Assembly (NCBI GenBank): GCA_002389765.1
Contig: DGQM01000010.1
Coordinates: 10,160-74,159, forward strand
DNA: 64,000 nucleotides
DNA from: Bacteroidetes bacterium UBA4414
GTDB lineage: Bacteria > Bacteroidota > Bacteroidia > Chitinophagales > Chitinophagaceae
Direction of reading: 5' to 3'
Positions 38,468 through 48,075 of this stretch are shown one piece after another. Below the pieces are notes generated by a model that was not told where the DNA came from, searched no databases, and was given only the letters and a program-made list of their open reading frames with translations. The stretch's first letter is position 1; each line of letters starts with the position of its first letter. The position numbers and the translations under genes are program-made.

Positions 38468-41416
38468 CTATGACATTTGCTTGGGTAGCCTGAAGCTGAG
38501 GCTGATGACGGTGCCCCTACCTTCGTGTGCATCAATATACAGCCTGCCATCCATGCGTTTGGTACGTGTGTTCATATTGTCAATGCCATGCCCGCGCTTA
38601 ACGGTTTCTATATCAAAGCCCTTGCCATTGTCTCTTAGTTCCAGATGCAGGATGTCTTTGTCTTTCAGTTCAGCGGTCAATACTACTTTGGTCGCATTGG
38701 CATATTTCAGGCAATTGTTCAGTGCTTCTTTAAAAATCATTATCAGATTGCGCCCCGTATCAAGTGGCAGCCTGTAGTCTTTCCACTTTTCGTCTGTCCC
38801 AATGAATTCAAAATCTATCTCCGTATCCTGATACAGCTCCCCGCCAAAATCGCGGATGCGGTGCAGTATTTCATACAGGCTATCGTTGGTTGGTTTCAGT
38901 GACCAGAGGATGTCGCGAGTACCGCTGTATAGTTGCCCTGTATTATCCTGTATCTGGTCTATGATGCGTTGCGTGTCCGTTGTCAATGGTCCAATCTTGT
39001 TCTTCAATACATTGGTCAGCACATTGATGCGTGTCAGTTTATTGCCCACTTCATCATGAAAATCTTCTGCGGTACGTTGGCGCACTTTGTTCTGCTCTTC
39101 GCGGCGAAGACGTTCCAGTAGTGCCTGCCTGTTTTGCTTACGTTTGTTGACGATGTACTGTATTGTTACACCAAGCAGTATACAGCCCGCTAGTATCACC
39201 AAACGGAACCAACTTGTTTTATGAAATGGTGTAATGATTTCGAAAGGATAGTTCAGCTTTTTAATGGCACTGCTATCGCCTGTAGCACATTCTACCTGTA
39301 GCGTGTATTTGCCCGGTGGTACTGCAGAATAGGTAACCGTATTCACGGCAGACCAGTCGCTCCAGTGCGCTTCCAGCCCCGCTATGCGGTAGCGATATTT
39401 CAATTGCTCGGTACCGCTGAGCGTCAGTGCCTGAAAGGTGAATGTGATATTGTTTTTGCGGTATGGCAGGTGCAAGCCTACCGGTACTTTGTACCATACA
39501 TCGGTACTGTCATAGTAGCTGCTGTCGCTTATGTTTTCGCCAAATACTTTTACAGATTGCAATACAATACTCGTCGCTTCGGGCGTTACTATTTTCGATT
39601 TTGGATTGTAGCGCACAGCACCGTTGGTAGTACCAAACCATATACTGCCGTCTGCTGCTTTGAATACAGCATTGTGGTTGCTTTCCATACCCGTAATGCC
39701 CTGCTCCTTGCCGTAGAACTGTACATTACGCTTGCCATTCACCATGCTTATTTTATGAATACCGAAACCGGTACCTAACCACACATTGCCTGCATCGTCT
39801 GTAGTGATGTTGTAAATGAAGTCTGACTTTAGCCCGTTGTTTTTATTGATGACTTCTGTTTTGCCTGTTTGCAGATTGTAGCATATAACACCATTATCGC
39901 TGCTGCCTATCCACAGTTCTCTGCCACGTACTGTAACGCACTGCGGGGTAGAACTATCCGCAGCACCGCCTGTTTTCATTTTTACAGGTTCTTCATTGTG
40001 GTATAGTTGCAGCCCGTCTGTTGTAGCAAGTATAATGCTGTCGCTACCTGCACCTGTTATATTTTGCACGACAGTGTTCAGTATCACTTTATGAAAAGTA
40101 TCGTCTTTGTAATAAGTAGCTCCGTTACCTGTGCCTATCCACATGCGTTCTTCTGCATCTTTGTAAATGCATGTTATCAGGTTCGATGATATAGTAGGCG
40201 TTGTGTATTGTCTAAAGCTGCTGCCATTGTATTTCCACAAACCACGGTTGCGTGTGCCCAACCATATTTCATTTGCATGGTTGATGTATATAGCAGTGAT
40301 GGCTGTCATAGGTTGTAGTGGTATAGGTATTCGGTTTACAACACCGTTCTCATACACAAACAGCCCTGCATCAAAAGTGCCTATGTATACTTTAGTGCCC
40401 AGAGATGCTACACTCATTACCTGCGCACTCGGCAAGCCTGATGTTTCATCGAGCACAGAAAACTGCGCGCCCGAGAAGCGGTACACACCACGCCCGTCTG
40501 ATGCCATCCATACGTTGCCTTCTTTATCAGTAAGCAGTTTGTTGATGGTATTGTCTGTAAGGCCGTTTTTTTTGTTGCAATACACAAGGCTGCTGTCGCT
40601 CAGCCTGAATGTACCGCTCGATGTGCCGAGCCATATATTCTTTGCCTTGTCTTCTGTAATGCTGAATATTGCAGGCAGCGAATACAAAGACATGTTGTTT
40701 AGCTTGGCTACTGCTATTTTGCCATTTGCAATATTGTACAGCCCTCCGTTTGTTGCAGCCCACAATCTGTTGCGGCTGTCTTTGTACATAGAGAATACTT
40801 GTGGTATGCCGTTTAGTTGTGGTTCATTAAAACGCAGGCTATCCCAACGCCCATCATGATAATTGTATATAGTGCCGTTTGATGCAGCTACCCAAAGGTT
40901 CTTTCCATCGGGTAGGGTAGCTGTTACTAGCGCATCTTTGTTTGGTAATGCAAGGCTTTTGCTTTTGCCGTCTTTTATTTCGTATAGCTTATTGCCTGCT
41001 ATGCACCATGCAGTGCCGTCATTGGCCAGTTCAATATTTGATACTGCATTCGCATTCGGGTTTTCGGGCGATTGAAAAACAAAATGCCTGAATGTTTTGC
41101 CATCGTATTTAGATACGCCCTTGCGTGTGCCTATCCATATATTGCCTTGCTTGTCTGTTGCCAATGCGTTTACGGTATTGTCCGTCATGCCGTCGCGCAC
41201 CGTATAGTTTACAAAGCTGCTGCCATCGTAGCGCGACAAACCGCCAAGTGTGCCTATCCACAAATGGCCATACTTATCCTGCGCCATAGATGTAGCCTGC
41301 GATTGTATCAGCCCGTTTTCTACATTCAGGTTGTAGAAGGGGTAGCGTTGTGCAAATGCATGGCTGCATACACAGAACACAGATAATACAATAGCAATTT
41401 TCAAGAGTCGATTCAC
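38468..41416 (-). CDS. sensor histidine kinase with a periplasmic two-component-regulator-propeller / Y_Y_Y domain
   Basis: Signal peptide. Many propeller repeats (G.LW[IV]GT, GL..Y). A single TM helix near residue 730. HisKA_3 H-box (FHDEVGNKLTRI) and HATPase_c (DNGKGF, GHGIDNM). Confidence 0.85.
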   Translation of the reverse strand: MNRLLKIAIVLSVFCVCSHAFAQRYPFYNLNVENGLIQSQATSMAQDKYGHLWIGTLGGLSRYDGSSFVNYTVRDGMTDNTVNALATDKQGNIWIGTRKGVSKYDGKTFRHFVFQSPENPNANAVSNIELANDGTAWCIAGNKLYEIKDGKSKSLALPNKDALVTATLPDGKNLWVAASNGTIYNYHDGRWDSLRFNEPQLNGIPQVFSMYKDSRNRLWAATNGGLYNIANGKIAVAKLNNMSLYSLPAIFSITEDKAKNIWLGTSSGTFRLSDSSLVYCNKKNGLTDNTINKLLTDKEGNVWMASDGRGVYRFSGAQFSVLDETSGLPSAQVMSVASLGTKVYIGTFDAGLFVYENGVVNRIPIPLQPMTAITAIYINHANEIWLGTRNRGLWKYNGSSFRQYTTPTISSNLITCIYKDAEERMWIGTGNGATYYKDDTFHKVILNTVVQNITGAGSDSIILATTDGLQLYHNEEPVKMKTGGAADSSTPQCVTVRGRELWIGSSDNGVICYNLQTGKTEVINKNNGLKSDFIYNITTDDAGNVWLGTGFGIHKISMVNGKRNVQFYGKEQGITGMESNHNAVFKAADGSIWFGTTNGAVRYNPKSKIVTPEATSIVLQSVKVFGENISDSSYYDSTDVWYKVPVGLHLPYRKNNITFTFQALTLSGTEQLKYRYRIAGLEAHWSDWSAVNTVTYSAVPPGKYTLQVECATGDSSAIKKLNYPFEIITPFHKTSWFRLVILAGCILLGVTIQYIVNKRKQNRQALLERLRREEQNKVRQRTAEDFHDEVGNKLTRINVLTNVLKNKIGPLTTDTQRIIDQIQDNTGQLYSGTRDILWSLKPTNDSLYEILHRIRDFGGELYQDTEIDFEFIGTDEKWKDYRLPLDTGRNLIMIFKEALNNCLKYANATKVVLTAELKDKDILHLELRDNGKGFDIETVKRGHGIDNMNTRTKRMDGRLYIDAHEGRGTVISLSFRLPKQMS

Positions 41417-41559
41417 GATAGTGAAGTTACATTATTGCCTGCATTTGCTGTGTCGAAAAGCCGATTAGGCTTGTTTTTCAAATAAATCCCCCATATAGGG
41501 TGGTGGGGTAAAATGCCATTTCCCCCGCATTGGGTGAAGGTGCAGAAAAACGATACAGA

Positions 41560-41567
41560 TACTTTTG
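41560..41567 (+). promoter_or_regulatory. Bacteroidota -7 promoter box (TAnnTTTG)
   Basis: TACTTTTG lies 24 nt upstream of the ATG at 41592. The ORF-track TTG start (41565) falls inside this box. Confidence 0.45.
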
Positions 41568-41591
41568 AAATCGAAATACACACCCACGATT

Positions 41592-44030
41592 ATGAGAGCC
41601 ATTCCTTTTATTGTTTGCATGTTGTTGTCTTCGCTTACCATATATGCCAAACCCGGCAACATCAATGGCAAAGTGAATGATAAGGATGGCAAACCTATAG
41701 ATGCCGCGAATGTTGTGCTGCTGAAGACAGATAACAAAACGTTGGTAAAAGCAGATTTATCTACAGAGAATGGGACGTTTGTATTTGATAACATGCCCGA
41801 TGGTGAATATATACTGAAGATAACTGTGCCTGGCTACGAGGTGTATAGCTCTGAAGTGATAACAGTGCAAGGTGGCAACATTTCACTGCCCGATGTAAAA
41901 CTTACTGCCAAAGCAGGTTCGCTGAAAGAAGTAACGGTGCGTACCCAGAAACCACTGATAGAAATAAAAGCAGACAAGTTGGTGGTGAATGTAGAGAACA
42001 GCATCATCAATGCAGGTTCTTCGGTGTTAGATGTTATTGGGCGCTCTCCCGGTGTGCGTGTAGATCAGAACGATAACATCAGCCTAAAAGGTAAATCGGG
42101 AGTGGAAGTAATGATAGATGGTAAACGCACTGTGCTGAGTGGTAGCGATTTGTCGAACATGCTCAAAGCAATGCCATCTGCAACTGTCGACCAGATTGAA
42201 ATTATCAGTAATCCTTCTTCCCGGTACGATGCTGCGGGTACTGCGGGTATCATCAATATCAAAACCAAACGCGACAAACGATTGGGCTTTAACGGCACTG
42301 CCAATGCTTCGTATGCGCAGGGTGTATATCCCAAAATGAATGGTGGCATCAGCCTGAACTACAGAGATAAGAAATGGTTGTTGACGGGTAGTTATAACTA
42401 TGCCTACAAGCGTGGATTCAACCATCTGTTTTTGTATCGTTCGTTTTACGACAACAACGTATTTAAGAATGCATACGATCAGGATAATAACACCGTGTTC
42501 GATATATACAGCCATGTAGCATCATTAGGTGCAGACTACACCATCAGCAAGAAAACAACGGTGGGTGTGATGCTGAATACAAGCCCATTGAATTTTGAGA
42601 TAAATCGCCGCAGCTATTCACGAGTGTTGGATAGTAATAAAGGATTGCAATCTTATTTTATTACAGACAACATAGCGCACAATTCCAACTACAACTATTC
42701 AGTAAATGCCAATCTGCGACATACGTTTGATAGTACAGGTAAGCAACTGTCTGTAGATGCAGACTATAGCAATTATCATGCAAGGCGCCCGCAGGATTTT
42801 GTGACAAGGTATATCGACAGGACAGGTTCTGATTATCTGCCACGCTATTTGTTGGCTGGCGATTTGGATGCATGGACAACGATACGCTCTGTAAAGGCAG
42901 ACTATGTACACCCAGTTTCACAAACATTGCGCCTTGAAGCAGGTGTTAAATCGAGCTATGTAACACAGGATATCAATGCAGGTTTCTTTGATTACAGTAC
43001 TGGCACGTATATATATGATTCTACAAAGAGCAATCATTTTATTTATAAAGAGAACATCAACGCAGCTTATGTAAATGCCAATAAAGACTGGACTGCATGG
43101 AGTGTGCAACTGGGGCTGCGTGTAGAGCAGACTGTTGCTAAGGGCGACCAGAAAGTATATAATCAAACCTTCGACAGAAACTATGCGCAGCTATTCCCAA
43201 GCTTCGCAGTGCAGCGACACGTTAATGCCAATAACGATTTTGGGCTCACGCTCAGCCGCCGTATCAACAGGCCCAACTATGAGCAGTTGAATCCATTCAA
43301 AAACTACCTCGACCCAAGCACATATTCTTCGGGTTATCCATACCTGATGCCTGAGTTGACATATAACATAGAAGCATCGCACACATTCAAGCAACGCTTT
43401 ATTACGTCATTTATGTTCAGCTATCTGAAAGGCCCGATAACAGAAGTGATACAGCCAAGTGATGATACTACACAAAAACGGGTAACGGTGCAAACAAATA
43501 AAAACCTAACCAGTCAGTTGTTTTACGATTTGAGTGGTGCATACCAATTGCAGTATTTCAAATGGTGGTCGGGTAGCATCAACTTCAATTGTTACTATTC
43601 AATATTCAGGGGTAACATCGCTAACTCAAACCTGAACACAGGCAGGCTGACGGCAGATATTAATGTGGCTAATAGTTTCTTGCTACCTAAGAACTGGTCT
43701 GCTGAGCTCAGCTTCTTTTACCAGACAAGCCAGCTACATGGCTACATGGTTATAGATCCGATATGGTCTTTGAATGCAGGTGTACAAAAACATCTGTTCG
43801 ATAAAAAACTCACAGTCAAATTGAACTGTTCAGATATTTTCTGGCGTAGCTATCCGCATGCCACTTCTGTGTACAAAGATTATGTAGAGCGTTTTACAGC
43901 ACAGCGAGAAACAAGGCAGCTAAGCCTGTCTGTTGTTTATCGTTTTGGTAAGCGTACGGTAGCGCCGGTACAAAGGCGCCGTGGTGGTGCGGAAGATGAG
44001 AAACGCCGCGCAGGTTCTGGTAATGCTTAA
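41592..44030 (+). CDS. outer-membrane beta-barrel / TonB-dependent-receptor-like protein with a carboxypeptidase-regulatory-like domain (paralogue of 32790-35183)
   Basis: Same architecture as the paralogue, with shared blocks (GIINIKTKR; NHFIYKENINAAYVN; LSRRINRPNY vs CGRRINRPAY). Confidence 0.7.
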   Translation: MRAIPFIVCMLLSSLTIYAKPGNINGKVNDKDGKPIDAANVVLLKTDNKTLVKADLSTENGTFVFDNMPDGEYILKITVPGYEVYSSEVITVQGGNISLPDVKLTAKAGSLKEVTVRTQKPLIEIKADKLVVNVENSIINAGSSVLDVIGRSPGVRVDQNDNISLKGKSGVEVMIDGKRTVLSGSDLSNMLKAMPSATVDQIEIISNPSSRYDAAGTAGIINIKTKRDKRLGFNGTANASYAQGVYPKMNGGISLNYRDKKWLLTGSYNYAYKRGFNHLFLYRSFYDNNVFKNAYDQDNNTVFDIYSHVASLGADYTISKKTTVGVMLNTSPLNFEINRRSYSRVLDSNKGLQSYFITDNIAHNSNYNYSVNANLRHTFDSTGKQLSVDADYSNYHARRPQDFVTRYIDRTGSDYLPRYLLAGDLDAWTTIRSVKADYVHPVSQTLRLEAGVKSSYVTQDINAGFFDYSTGTYIYDSTKSNHFIYKENINAAYVNANKDWTAWSVQLGLRVEQTVAKGDQKVYNQTFDRNYAQLFPSFAVQRHVNANNDFGLTLSRRINRPNYEQLNPFKNYLDPSTYSSGYPYLMPELTYNIEASHTFKQRFITSFMFSYLKGPITEVIQPSDDTTQKRVTVQTNKNLTSQLFYDLSGAYQLQYFKWWSGSINFNCYYSIFRGNIANSNLNTGRLTADINVANSFLLPKNWSAELSFFYQTSQLHGYMVIDPIWSLNAGVQKHLFDKKLTVKLNCSDIFWRSYPHATSVYKDYVERFTAQRETRQLSLSVVYRFGKRTVAPVQRRRGGAEDEKRRAGSGNA

Positions 44031-44078
44031 TTGATCATAGCCCTGTCATCATGAGCCTAAGCTCATACAGTTGAAGTA

Positions 44079-44120
44079 AGCCCCTCGGTTCATATCCTGC
44101 AAACAATTGTCCGAGGGGCT
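44079..44120. terminator. hairpin between convergent genes
   Basis: AGCCCCTCGG pairs with CCGAGGGGCT around a 22-nt loop. Confidence 0.5.
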
Positions 44121-44127
44121 CTTCTAC

Positions 44128-45144
44128 TTATTTATTGAAATGGTTTTCCTGCAGCCCCATCCAGTCTATTGCATTTTTATACAGCAATTGTTCTGTTTGC
44201 GAAGCCGTAAAGCTTTCCATGCTTTCTATAAGTTTACCCGGGTGGTGTTCGCCCAGGGGGAAGGGGTAATCGCTACCCATACATACTTTGTCACTGCCCA
44301 TTACATCTACCACATATTGCAGTGCTTTAGGGTCGTGTACCAATGCATCTATCCAGAATTTACCCAGATAGTCGCGAGGATTCACGTTGTTATCTATCGC
44401 GCACAAATCGGGGCGCACATTAAAGCCATGCTCTATCCTGCCAATGGTGAACGGGAATGAACCACCACCATGTGCAAATGCTACACGCAGTTTAGGGAAG
44501 CGTTCAAACACGCCACCGAATATCATAGAGGCAATAGCACGTGCAGTTTCAGCAGGCATACCTACCAGCCATGGCAGCCAGTATTTCTGCATATCGTTTT
44601 CGCCCATCATTTCCCACGGGTGCACAAATATGCAGCAGCCCAGTTCTTCAGCAGCTTTCCAGAATGGGTCAAAGAACGGATCACTCAAGTTTTTGCCATT
44701 GATGTTAGAACCTATCTCTATGCCGGGCATTTTCAGTTCCGTCACGCAGCGCTCCATTTCTTTGATGGCAAAGTACATATCCTGCATAGGCACTGTACCC
44801 AACCCAGCAAAGCGTGTAGGATTGTCTGCTACGCATTGTGCAATATGGTCGTTAAAGAAGCGCGATGTTTCGATGCCATGTTCAGGCTTTGCCCAGTAAT
44901 TGAAGAGTACGGGAATGGTAGACAATACCTGTACGGTAACATCTGTCATGTCCATCTCTTTCATCCTTGCTTTCGGGTCCCAACAGTTTTCCTCTATCTC
45001 ACGAAAAACCTTGTCGCCCTTTATCATCTTCGCACAGCACGGCTTGTGATGCTCCAGCCTGATGAAGTCTCCATACCCGAATTTCTGAAACCAGTTCGGT
45101 ATGTTCTCCGGCATGATGTGCGTATGTATATCTATCTTTCTCAA
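44128..45144 (-). CDS. amidohydrolase-2 family protein (ACMSD-like decarboxylase)
   Basis: N-terminal KIDIHTHIMP metal-binding motif, internal FVHPW and FAHGGG motifs, about 338 aa. TTG start. Confidence 0.7.
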   Translation of the reverse strand: MRKIDIHTHIMPENIPNWFQKFGYGDFIRLEHHKPCCAKMIKGDKVFREIEENCWDPKARMKEMDMTDVTVQVLSTIPVLFNYWAKPEHGIETSRFFNDHIAQCVADNPTRFAGLGTVPMQDMYFAIKEMERCVTELKMPGIEIGSNINGKNLSDPFFDPFWKAAEELGCCIFVHPWEMMGENDMQKYWLPWLVGMPAETARAIASMIFGGVFERFPKLRVAFAHGGGSFPFTIGRIEHGFNVRPDLCAIDNNVNPRDYLGKFWIDALVHDPKALQYVVDVMGSDKVCMGSDYPFPLGEHHPGKLIESMESFTASQTEQLLYKNAIDWMGLQENHFNK

Positions 45145-45169
45145 AGTCCTTAGTTATGTTGCTATAAAA

Positions 45170-46369
45170 TTACACCATTTCATAAATGATAGCAGAGCCT
45201 TGACCTACACCTATACACATAGTAGCAAGGCCGTATTTGCCGCCACGGCGTTTCAGTTCGTGCAGCAGTGTAGTAGAGATGCGTGCACCGCTACAGCCCA
45301 ATGGGTGACCAATGGCAATAGCACCGCCATTCACGTTCACTTTCTCTGCATCCAGCCCCAGCTCTTGCATACAAGGGATGCCTTGTGCAGCAAATGCCTC
45401 GTTCAATTCTACAAGGTCAAGGTCTTTAGATTCCAGCCCTGCGCGTTGCAGTGCTTTGCGTGTAGCGGGCACAGGGCCTATACCCATGTAGGCAGGGTCT
45501 ACACCCGCTATGGCCATGCTCTTGATTTTTGCTATCGGCTTTAGTCCATATTTTGCAACAGCTTCAGCACTTGCCAGTAGTAATGCAGAAGCACCATCGT
45601 TAATGCCGCTAGAGTTGCCTGCTGTTACCGTACCATCTTTTTTGAAGGCAGGTTTCAGCGTTGCCATTTTCTCCAGTGTAGTTTCGCGTGGGTGCTCATC
45701 TGTATCAAACACAACAGTCTTGCCTTTGCCCAAGTCTATCGTCAGTGGTACTATCTCGTCTTTGAATTTGCCCGCAGCCTGTGCAGCAAAATATCGTTGC
45801 TGACTACGCAGTCCGAATTCGTCTTGCGCCTCGCGGCTCACGTTATATTTAGCAGCTACGTTCTCTGCAGTTTCGCCCATGGTATATGGGTAGTTGCTTT
45901 CTTTATTAAACTTCTTGTTGATAAAGCGCCAGCCCATTGTTGTGTCAAACGTTTCTACATTACGGCTGTAGGCACTTTCTGCTTTGCCCGTTACAAACGG
46001 TGCTCGCGTCATGCTTTCTACACCACCTGCTATGTATATGTCACCATCGCCACACATAATAGCGCGAGATGCATCCATGATAGCCTGCAAACCTGATGCG
46101 CAAAGACGGTTTACAGTGCAACCACCAATCGTTTGCGGTAGCCCTGCCAGCAATACGGCCATACGCGCTACGTTGCGGTTGTCTTCACCCGCCTGATTGG
46201 CAGCACCTGCAATTACATCTTCTATTGCATTTACATCTACAGAAGGATTGCGCTCTACAATCGATTTAAGAACATGCGCCAGTAAATCATCTGGTCTTAC
46301 TGTAGATAATGTGCCACCGTATTTACCTATCGGGGTTCTTACTGCATCTATGATATATACTTCTTTCAT
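45170..46369 (-). CDS. acetyl-CoA C-acyltransferase (thiolase)
   Basis: Active-site Cys context ([11 protein letters not shown]), a C-terminal [15 protein letters not shown] motif, and a length of 399 aa. Confidence 0.9.
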   Translation of the reverse strand: MKEVYIIDAVRTPIGKYGGTLSTVRPDDLLAHVLKSIVERNPSVDVNAIEDVIAGAANQAGEDNRNVARMAVLLAGLPQTIGGCTVNRLCASGLQAIMDASRAIMCGDGDIYIAGGVESMTRAPFVTGKAESAYSRNVETFDTTMGWRFINKKFNKESNYPYTMGETAENVAAKYNVSREAQDEFGLRSQQRYFAAQAAGKFKDEIVPLTIDLGKGKTVVFDTDEHPRETTLEKMATLKPAFKKDGTVTAGNSSGINDGASALLLASAEAVAKYGLKPIAKIKSMAIAGVDPAYMGIGPVPATRKALQRAGLESKDLDLVELNEAFAAQGIPCMQELGLDAEKVNVNGGAIAIGHPLGCSGARISTTLLHELKRRGGKYGLATMCIGVGQGSAIIYEMV

Positions 46370-46384
46370 ATGATTTTAAATTAG

Positions 46385-46415
46385 GCTGATTAGCATATTA
46401 GCTAATTAGCTGATT
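46385..46415. repeat. left arm of the 31-nt inverted repeat flanking the four-helix-bundle gene
   Basis: GCTGATTAGCATATTAGCTAATTAGCTGATT. Its reverse complement matches 46783-46813 at 27 of 31 positions (hand alignment). Confidence 0.75.
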
Positions 46416-46774
46416 GTTTTATTGTTTTTTGATGTTGCAATTATTTTGTTTAGAACTCTGCATATTGATTGTACTTGTTCAAGTAGTTTTCCGGCGTCAG
46501 GTAATGAGGTAGAAGCATTACAAACTTCAAAATAAAATTCTAATTCATCTGCTTCTTTTGCTGCAATTTTCATTTTATGAACAAAGTCTGCTTTGCTTTC
46601 AGCATTCTGTGCTTCTTTTATGTTTGCGCCAACTGATAATGAAGCTCTCATTATCTGGTTTGCTAAAGACCATTTTTTAAGGTCTTCGAGTTTTGAACAA
46701 AATGCAATACTGTCAACAGCTAAACTAAATGATAGCTGAATAATCAGATTGTCTTTTTTGTAGTCACTTTGCAT
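46406..46774 (-). CDS. four-helix-bundle protein (23S rRNA intervening-sequence protein / Avd-like family)
   Basis: 122 aa. Hallmark central motif SVGANIKEAQNAESKADFVHKMKIAAKEADELEFYF. Confidence 0.75.
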   Translation of the reverse strand: MQSDYKKDNLIIQLSFSLAVDSIAFCSKLEDLKKWSLANQIMRASLSVGANIKEAQNAESKADFVHKMKIAAKEADELEFYFEVCNASTSLPDAGKLLEQVQSICRVLNKIIATSKNNKTIS

Positions 46775-46782
46775 AATAAAGT

Positions 46783-46813
46783 AATCAGCTAATTAGCATA
46801 TCAGCTAATCAGC
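46783..46813. repeat. right arm of the 31-nt inverted repeat flanking the four-helix-bundle gene
   Basis: AATCAGCTAATTAGCATATCAGCTAATCAGC. It overlaps the stop codon (46809-46811) of the upstream PLP-enzyme gene. Confidence 0.75.
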
Positions 46814-48032
46814 TTAATGCCTGCTGTAAGTCGTTAATAATGTCTTCCACTGTTTCTATGCCTACGCTCATGCGTATCAAACCATCAGTAATGCCGAATT
46901 TGATTCTGTCTTCGGGTTTTACTCCTACGTGTGTAGTAGATGCGGGATGCGATATCAGCGTATCGCATGTGCCGAGTGATACAGCACTGATGCAAAGTTT
47001 TAGTTTGTTGATGAATTGTGTGCCTGCATCAAAACCACCTTTCAGTTCAAAGCTCAGCATAGCACCTGCATGCTTCATTTGCCTCATAGCAATGGCATGG
47101 TCGGGGTGAGAAGCAAGGCCCAGATAATTAACCCTTGCTACCGCAGGGTGTTGCTCCAGAAACTGCGCTACTTTCTCTGCATTGCTGCAATGCCTTTCCA
47201 TGCGCAGTGCAAATGTGCGCAGTCCGTTGTTCAGTAAAAATGCTTCAAACGAATTGCTGTTGGCACCCAGCAGCCTGTGCGTTTTGGTAACAACAGTTTT
47301 CATCTTATTTACATCGCGCCCCACCAAAACACCACCCACAGCTGTGCCGTGCCCGTTCAGGAATTTGGTAGTAGAGTGCATGATGAAATCTACACCGTAT
47401 TTAAATGGCTGTTGCAGGTAGGGCGTAGCAAAAGTATTGTCTGCACATACTATCAGGTTGTTGGCCTTGCCGATAGCTGTCAGGGCTTCCATATCTACAC
47501 ATTGCAGGGTAGGGTTGGCAGGTGTTTCTATATACATCAGCTTGATGCTGCTGTCTGCTTTAATAGCTGCCGCTACTGCTGCGGTATCGTGAAAGTCGAT
47601 GATTGTTACGTTTATATGCAGGTTGGGCAATATCTTATCTATCATCTCCTGCGTGCCACCATACAATGATTGATGGGTGATGATGGTATCGCCTGCTTTT
47701 ACATTTGCCAGCAGCATGGTAGTAATGGCTGCCATGCCCGATGCATGCAGTATAGCTCTTGCCTGCATAGGGTTGCCATGCTCATCTTGCAGTCCGTAGG
47801 TTTCCAGCAGGGCTATTTTATCTTCTACTTCTGTAGTAGTAGGGCTACCGAAGCGGCCGTATATATACCCCTGTTCTTCGCCTTTGAAGATGGCAATGCC
47901 TTGTTCTGCGCTATCGAAAGTATAAGTGCTGGTTGCATAAATGGGCGTAAGATGAGCCCTGTTGTTTTCCGCTTTGTGTCCGCCATGTATGCACAGGGTA
48001 TCAAAGCCTTTTGAATTATTTGCGTCGCTCAT
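46809..48032 (-). CDS. Cys/Met-metabolism PLP enzyme (cystathionine gamma-synthase / beta-lyase / methionine gamma-lyase family)
   Basis: GFDTLCIHGG N-terminus and PLP-Lys in HSTTKFLNGHG. The exact activity cannot be assigned from sequence alone. The start is uncertain (48032, 48044 or 48068). Confidence 0.8.
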   Translation of the reverse strand: MSDANNSKGFDTLCIHGGHKAENNRAHLTPIYATSTYTFDSAEQGIAIFKGEEQGYIYGRFGSPTTTEVEDKIALLETYGLQDEHGNPMQARAILHASGMAAITTMLLANVKAGDTIITHQSLYGGTQEMIDKILPNLHINVTIIDFHDTAAVAAAIKADSSIKLMYIETPANPTLQCVDMEALTAIGKANNLIVCADNTFATPYLQQPFKYGVDFIMHSTTKFLNGHGTAVGGVLVGRDVNKMKTVVTKTHRLLGANSNSFEAFLLNNGLRTFALRMERHCSNAEKVAQFLEQHPAVARVNYLGLASHPDHAIAMRQMKHAGAMLSFELKGGFDAGTQFINKLKLCISAVSLGTCDTLISHPASTTHVGVKPEDRIKFGITDGLIRMSVGIETVEDIINDLQQALS

Positions 48033-48075
48033 TGAGAGGATCATTAATTTTGCCCTGCAAAGGTACATTTATAGT

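Noticed and set aside
41565-41591. TTG start for the second beta-barrel gene in the six-frame track.
   Set aside because: The TTG lies inside the TAnnTTTG promoter box (41560-41567). The in-frame ATG at 41592 gives a normal signal peptide.
46406-46774. Possibility that the Avd-like four-helix-bundle gene marks a diversity-generating retroelement.
   Set aside because: No reverse transcriptase ORF and no template/variable repeat pair is visible anywhere in the window. The gene appears to be a stand-alone cassette.
48033-48075. Possible SAM riboswitch upstream of the trans-sulfuration gene, and a lysine riboswitch upstream of the aspartate kinase gene (23940-23984).
   Set aside because: These intergenic spaces are only about 45 nt, which is too short for either riboswitch class.
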